Shown: one piece after another, positions 60,687-64,000 of the stretch
Numbering within the stretch: position 1 is the first letter of the stretch
Layout of the letters: the number at the start of each line of letters is the position of its first letter
NCBI GenBank assembly: GCA_035510465.1
Contig: DATKHC010000010.1
Location: 22,036 to 86,035 of the forward strand
Length of the DNA: 64,000 nt
From: Candidatus Saccharimonadales bacterium
Lineage (GTDB): Bacteria > Patescibacteriota > Saccharimonadia > Saccharimonadales > DATKHC01
Reading direction: 5' to 3'
The notes under the pieces: generated by a model
Databases searched by the model: none
Told to the model about the DNA's origin: nothing
Seen by the model: only the letters and a program-made list of their open reading frames with translations
Translations under genes and position numbers: made by a program

Positions 60687-62813
60687 ATGATAAAAAAAAT
60701 AGCTCTGATTTCATATAAGTACCGCCTAACCGTGGTCATCATTTGGTTGTGCTTATTGGGTGGGGCTGCTGTCTGGGCGCACTTTGCAGGCAATGGATTT
60801 GCGACTAATTTTCGACTTAACGGCACGGACTCCCAGGCTGCCTCTGATCTACTCAGTAGTCGCTTCCCAAGTGAAGCTGGTAGCACGGGAGATATAGTAT
60901 TTAAGGCAAGTGGTGGTATTTACGCCCCTCAGACCCGCCAGGAAATCCAAACCTTACTGAGCCGCGTTAGTAATGTCAGTCAGGTTAGCAGTATAGAGAG
61001 CCCTTATGGCCAACAGAACCTTGATCAAGTTAGCCTGAATGGAGAGATTGCATACGCTGTGGTCCAGTTTAATTCAAGTCTTACTGCTGTTACTGATCAA
61101 ACCATAAATTCGATCCAAACATTATCAGACCAGGCTTCAAACCCCAACTTGGAGATAGAACTCGGTAGTGGAGTATTTTCTAATTTTCGACCCCAACTTA
61201 CTAGCGAGGCTATAGGCATAACAGCTGCCATTATAATTTTACTAATAGTTTTCGGATCCATAATTGCAGCTGGGTTACCGATTTTTAATGCCCTGGTTGG
61301 TATCGGGATTGGGGTCAGTTTAGTTGAATTACTAGCTCATTTAATAGCGCTGCCTAGCTTTTCCACTCAACTAGGGGCAATGCTAGGAATTGGGGTTGGG
61401 ATTGACTACACGCTGCTAATAGTAACCAGGTACCGGCAAGGACTCAGCAGGAATCTTGATCCTAAAGCTGCGGTTTTAGCAGCTATGGATACGGCAGGTA
61501 GGTCAGTTTTGTTTGCAGGGATTGCCGTAGTCATATCTTTGCTCGGAATGCTGATTAGCGGAGTAAATTTTATCCAAGGTTTAGGAATTGCTTCAGCAGT
61601 TGTCGTCTGTATAACTATGCTCGCATCTATAACCTTGCTTCCGGCAGTTCTTAGTTTCATTGGCCGAAAGATTGATCACCTTAAGCTACGCAAAATTATT
61701 GATAAACCTAGCGATAGTGAAAGGTATTGGTACAGATGGAGTATCTTTATCCAGAAACGACCGATAAGAGTTCTCGTAATAGGCTTTGCAATTTTAGTTA
61801 TTCTAGCGATTCCACTGCTGTCAATACGCCTGGGCTCATCTGATTCGAGTAACCAGCCGACTTCTAGCACAAACAGGCGAGCATATGATTTAATCTCCGA
61901 GGGTTTTGGTGTTGGAACAAACGGGCCTCTGCTAATCGCAGCTGCCATTAATCAACCAAACCCTCTTTATCGTACTTATTTACATGCACTGACTGAATCT
62001 CTGCGCGCGACCCCTGGAGTCGCGTCTGTTTCGCCAGCGCAGATTAATCGGAGCGCTGATGCGGCAATAATCCAAGTGATTCCAACGACTTCACCAGAAG
62101 CAGTTCAAACCACAGACTTAATAAACCAGATAAGGGACTCTGTAATCCCAAATACTACAAACGGAACAGGTATCACTGTTCACGTTGGAGGAGTTACTGC
62201 CACTTACAGCGATCTATCTAACTTACTCCAGAAACGCCTAGCTATCTTTATAAGTGCGGTTCTTGGATTAAGCTTTATCCTGCTTCTACTAGTATTTAGG
62301 TCTGTTGTTATACCCATTAAAGCTGTGGTTATGAATATTTTCTCGATAGGTGCAGCATACGGTGTATTGGTAGCCGTATTCCAATGGGGATGGCTCAAAT
62401 CAATAGTTGGCATAGGGCAGGGCGGTCCCATAGACAGTTACGTGCCCATGATTATGTTTGCTGTTTTATTCGGATTATCCATGGATTACGAAGTATTTCT
62501 AATATCCAGAATAAAAGAGGAATACGGCTTAACATCTAATAATTCACAAGCTGTCGCAAGGGGACTAACCCACACAGCTAGGGTTATTTCAGCAGCCGCT
62601 TTAATTATGGTCACTGTGTTTGCTAGCTTCGTGATTACAGATTTCAGGATCTTAAAAGAGTTCGGCCTAGGACTGGCAGTGGCAATTCTAATTGACGCTA
62701 CAGTAGTGCGACTGGCTATGGTTCCAGCTGCAATGGAGATTTTAGGTAAGGCAAACTGGTGGCTCCCGCGGTGGCTGGAGTGGTTACCAAAAGTTCGGAT
62801 AGGCAGAGATTAA
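60687..62813 (+). CDS. MMPL family RND-like transporter
   Basis: GVGIDY, R(Y)RQ, FGLSMDYEVF, DATVVR..VPA, NWW.P.WL. Confidence 0.92.
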   Translation: MIKKIALISYKYRLTVVIIWLCLLGGAAVWAHFAGNGFATNFRLNGTDSQAASDLLSSRFPSEAGSTGDIVFKASGGIYAPQTRQEIQTLLSRVSNVSQVSSIESPYGQQNLDQVSLNGEIAYAVVQFNSSLTAVTDQTINSIQTLSDQASNPNLEIELGSGVFSNFRPQLTSEAIGITAAIIILLIVFGSIIAAGLPIFNALVGIGIGVSLVELLAHLIALPSFSTQLGAMLGIGVGIDYTLLIVTRYRQGLSRNLDPKAAVLAAMDTAGRSVLFAGIAVVISLLGMLISGVNFIQGLGIASAVVVCITMLASITLLPAVLSFIGRKIDHLKLRKIIDKPSDSERYWYRWSIFIQKRPIRVLVIGFAILVILAIPLLSIRLGSSDSSNQPTSSTNRRAYDLISEGFGVGTNGPLLIAAAINQPNPLYRTYLHALTESLRATPGVASVSPAQINRSADAAIIQVIPTTSPEAVQTTDLINQIRDSVIPNTTNGTGITVHVGGVTATYSDLSNLLQKRLAIFISAVLGLSFILLLLVFRSVVIPIKAVVMNIFSIGAAYGVLVAVFQWGWLKSIVGIGQGGPIDSYVPMIMFAVLFGLSMDYEVFLISRIKEEYGLTSNNSQAVARGLTHTARVISAAALIMVTVFASFVITDFRILKEFGLGLAVAILIDATVVRLAMVPAAMEILGKANWWLPRWLEWLPKVRIGRD

Positions 62814-62815
62814 GA

Positions 62816-63718
62816 TCAAATACTATCAACCGTTGATAGTATCTTATTGAAGACCGCCAGACCATCGTCCACAAGCGCTGATGCGATTTGAACTGCTTTA
62901 GCTCCAGCAGACAAATAGTCGTTGACATCATTTAGTGAACTGATGCCACCACACCCAATTATTTCTTTATGACCTGGCAATATGTCCTTTAGTTGGCGCA
63001 CCACCCCTAAGCTAATAGGCTTGAGGGATCGTCCGGCCAAACCAGCCTGGACTTCGTCACGACTTTTAGCTGAATTCGTCCCTGTAGTAGTTAGAGCGTT
63101 CGGGTAACTGTTAGTGGCGGTTATCGCCGAAACAATGCCTGACTCAACTATAACCTTGGCTACATCCCGCAAAATATCAGGAGGGAGGGGGGAGATCTTA
63201 ACGCTTATACTAATTTTCGGACTGTTTTTACTAATATATCCCAGTACTTCCTTAACAAGGGAGAAATGATAGGAAATGATCTGCTTCTGTTTACCGTTAT
63301 CCCACACATTCGGGCAACCAAAATTAAATTCTGCCATGTCAGCTTCTGCGTCTTCAGCAAGTTTTAAAAGTCTGAGGAATTCTTCTTTCGAGAATCCTAC
63401 AATATTAGCTATAAGTGGTTTATTCCGCCCATGTGCTATTTTGACCATTTTCCGTAAATGTTTTTCATAGTAGGGGATCCCTCCGTTAGGAAGGCCGTAA
63501 GAGTTTAGGGAATAGAGCCGTTCTCGATGAGTCCAATAACTTTGGCCAGGGTTACTCTTCCTAGGTTTAACAGAAATTGAGCCAACAATGATCGCTCCAC
63601 AATCTGATTTCGATAAAGCCTCTACATCCTCAGTCGTCTTACTACCTATATAAGCACCGTTAATCAGAGGATTTTTAAACTCAATGCCCGAAATACTGAT
63701 GGCTGAATTTACCTTCAT
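62816..63718 (-). CDS. pyrD: Dihydroorotate dehydrogenase, class 1A-like
   Basis: GSIS, LNSYGLPN, NFGCPN, VKISP, ATNS, IIGCGGI. Confidence 0.85.
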   Translation of the reverse strand: MKVNSAISISGIEFKNPLINGAYIGSKTTEDVEALSKSDCGAIIVGSISVKPRKSNPGQSYWTHRERLYSLNSYGLPNGGIPYYEKHLRKMVKIAHGRNKPLIANIVGFSKEEFLRLLKLAEDAEADMAEFNFGCPNVWDNGKQKQIISYHFSLVKEVLGYISKNSPKISISVKISPLPPDILRDVAKVIVESGIVSAITATNSYPNALTTTGTNSAKSRDEVQAGLAGRSLKPISLGVVRQLKDILPGHKEIIGCGGISSLNDVNDYLSAGAKAVQIASALVDDGLAVFNKILSTVDSI

Positions 63719-63739
63719 CTAACCCTAGCTTAACAAAAA

Positions 63740-63997
63740 TCAGGTTAAATGTTTTATTGCCAAATCACCAACAACAGACAACCATTCGGTCTTCTCGTCG
63801 GCCCTTGTATATAAAGGCCTTTCGACTCTTTGCCAGTAAGAATCAGCATCCGTTTCTCGGACATGTCCCGTATCTACCAAAAATCCGTTTCTAGTTTTAT
63901 ATACCCCAATTGTACTAATACCATCCATTGGTTTTGACAGGTCATAATAAGAGTAGTAGGGGTTTAACCACCTATTACCTTTCATATCAAACCACAT
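63740..63997 (-). CDS. Hypothetical protein (probably truncated by window edge)
   Basis: Open frame reaching the end of the window. Confidence 0.4.
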   Translation of the reverse strand: MWFDMKGNRWLNPYYSYYDLSKPMDGISTIGVYKTRNGFLVDTGHVRETDADSYWQRVERPLYTRADEKTEWLSVVGDLAIKHLT

Positions 63998-64000
63998 TGC

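Overview
A bacterial chromosome segment of moderate GC. Gene style suggests Patescibacteria/Saccharibacteria (inference only: short-delta F1Fo operon, type IV pilus locus, LCP proteins, sortases, many apparently leaderless genes and orphan ORFs). Core content: ABC-2 exporter, two LCP proteins, a UvrD-type helicase-nuclease, the complete atp operon, smpB, a D-Ala-D-Ala carboxypeptidase, a P-type ATPase, a DinB-like polymerase operon, pilB/pilC/pilins, a MarP-like protease, a histidine kinase, an MMPL transporter and pyrD. One IS30 element is present. No rRNA, complete tRNA or CRISPR array was seen. The most striking signal is a ~30-38 bp repeat (core GTACGGAACTCAACCTCGATTCCCAGCCA) whose right half is in exact register with a tRNA 3' end (T-stem strand, acceptor strand, discriminator, CCA). 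It forms two direct-repeat arrays (13.3-14.4 kb, 3 copies; 48.6-51.7 kb, 4 clear copies plus 1 divergent). The copies separate 0.45-0.9 kb gene-sized units carrying orphan genes and a toxin-antitoxin pair. This looks like an integron-like cassette system with tRNA-derived sites, but no integrase is present in the window. A second candidate system is an operon of a tiny LPxT-type peptide, a sortase, a processive GT2 and a CE4 deacetylase. All calls come from reading motifs by eye; no database searches were run.
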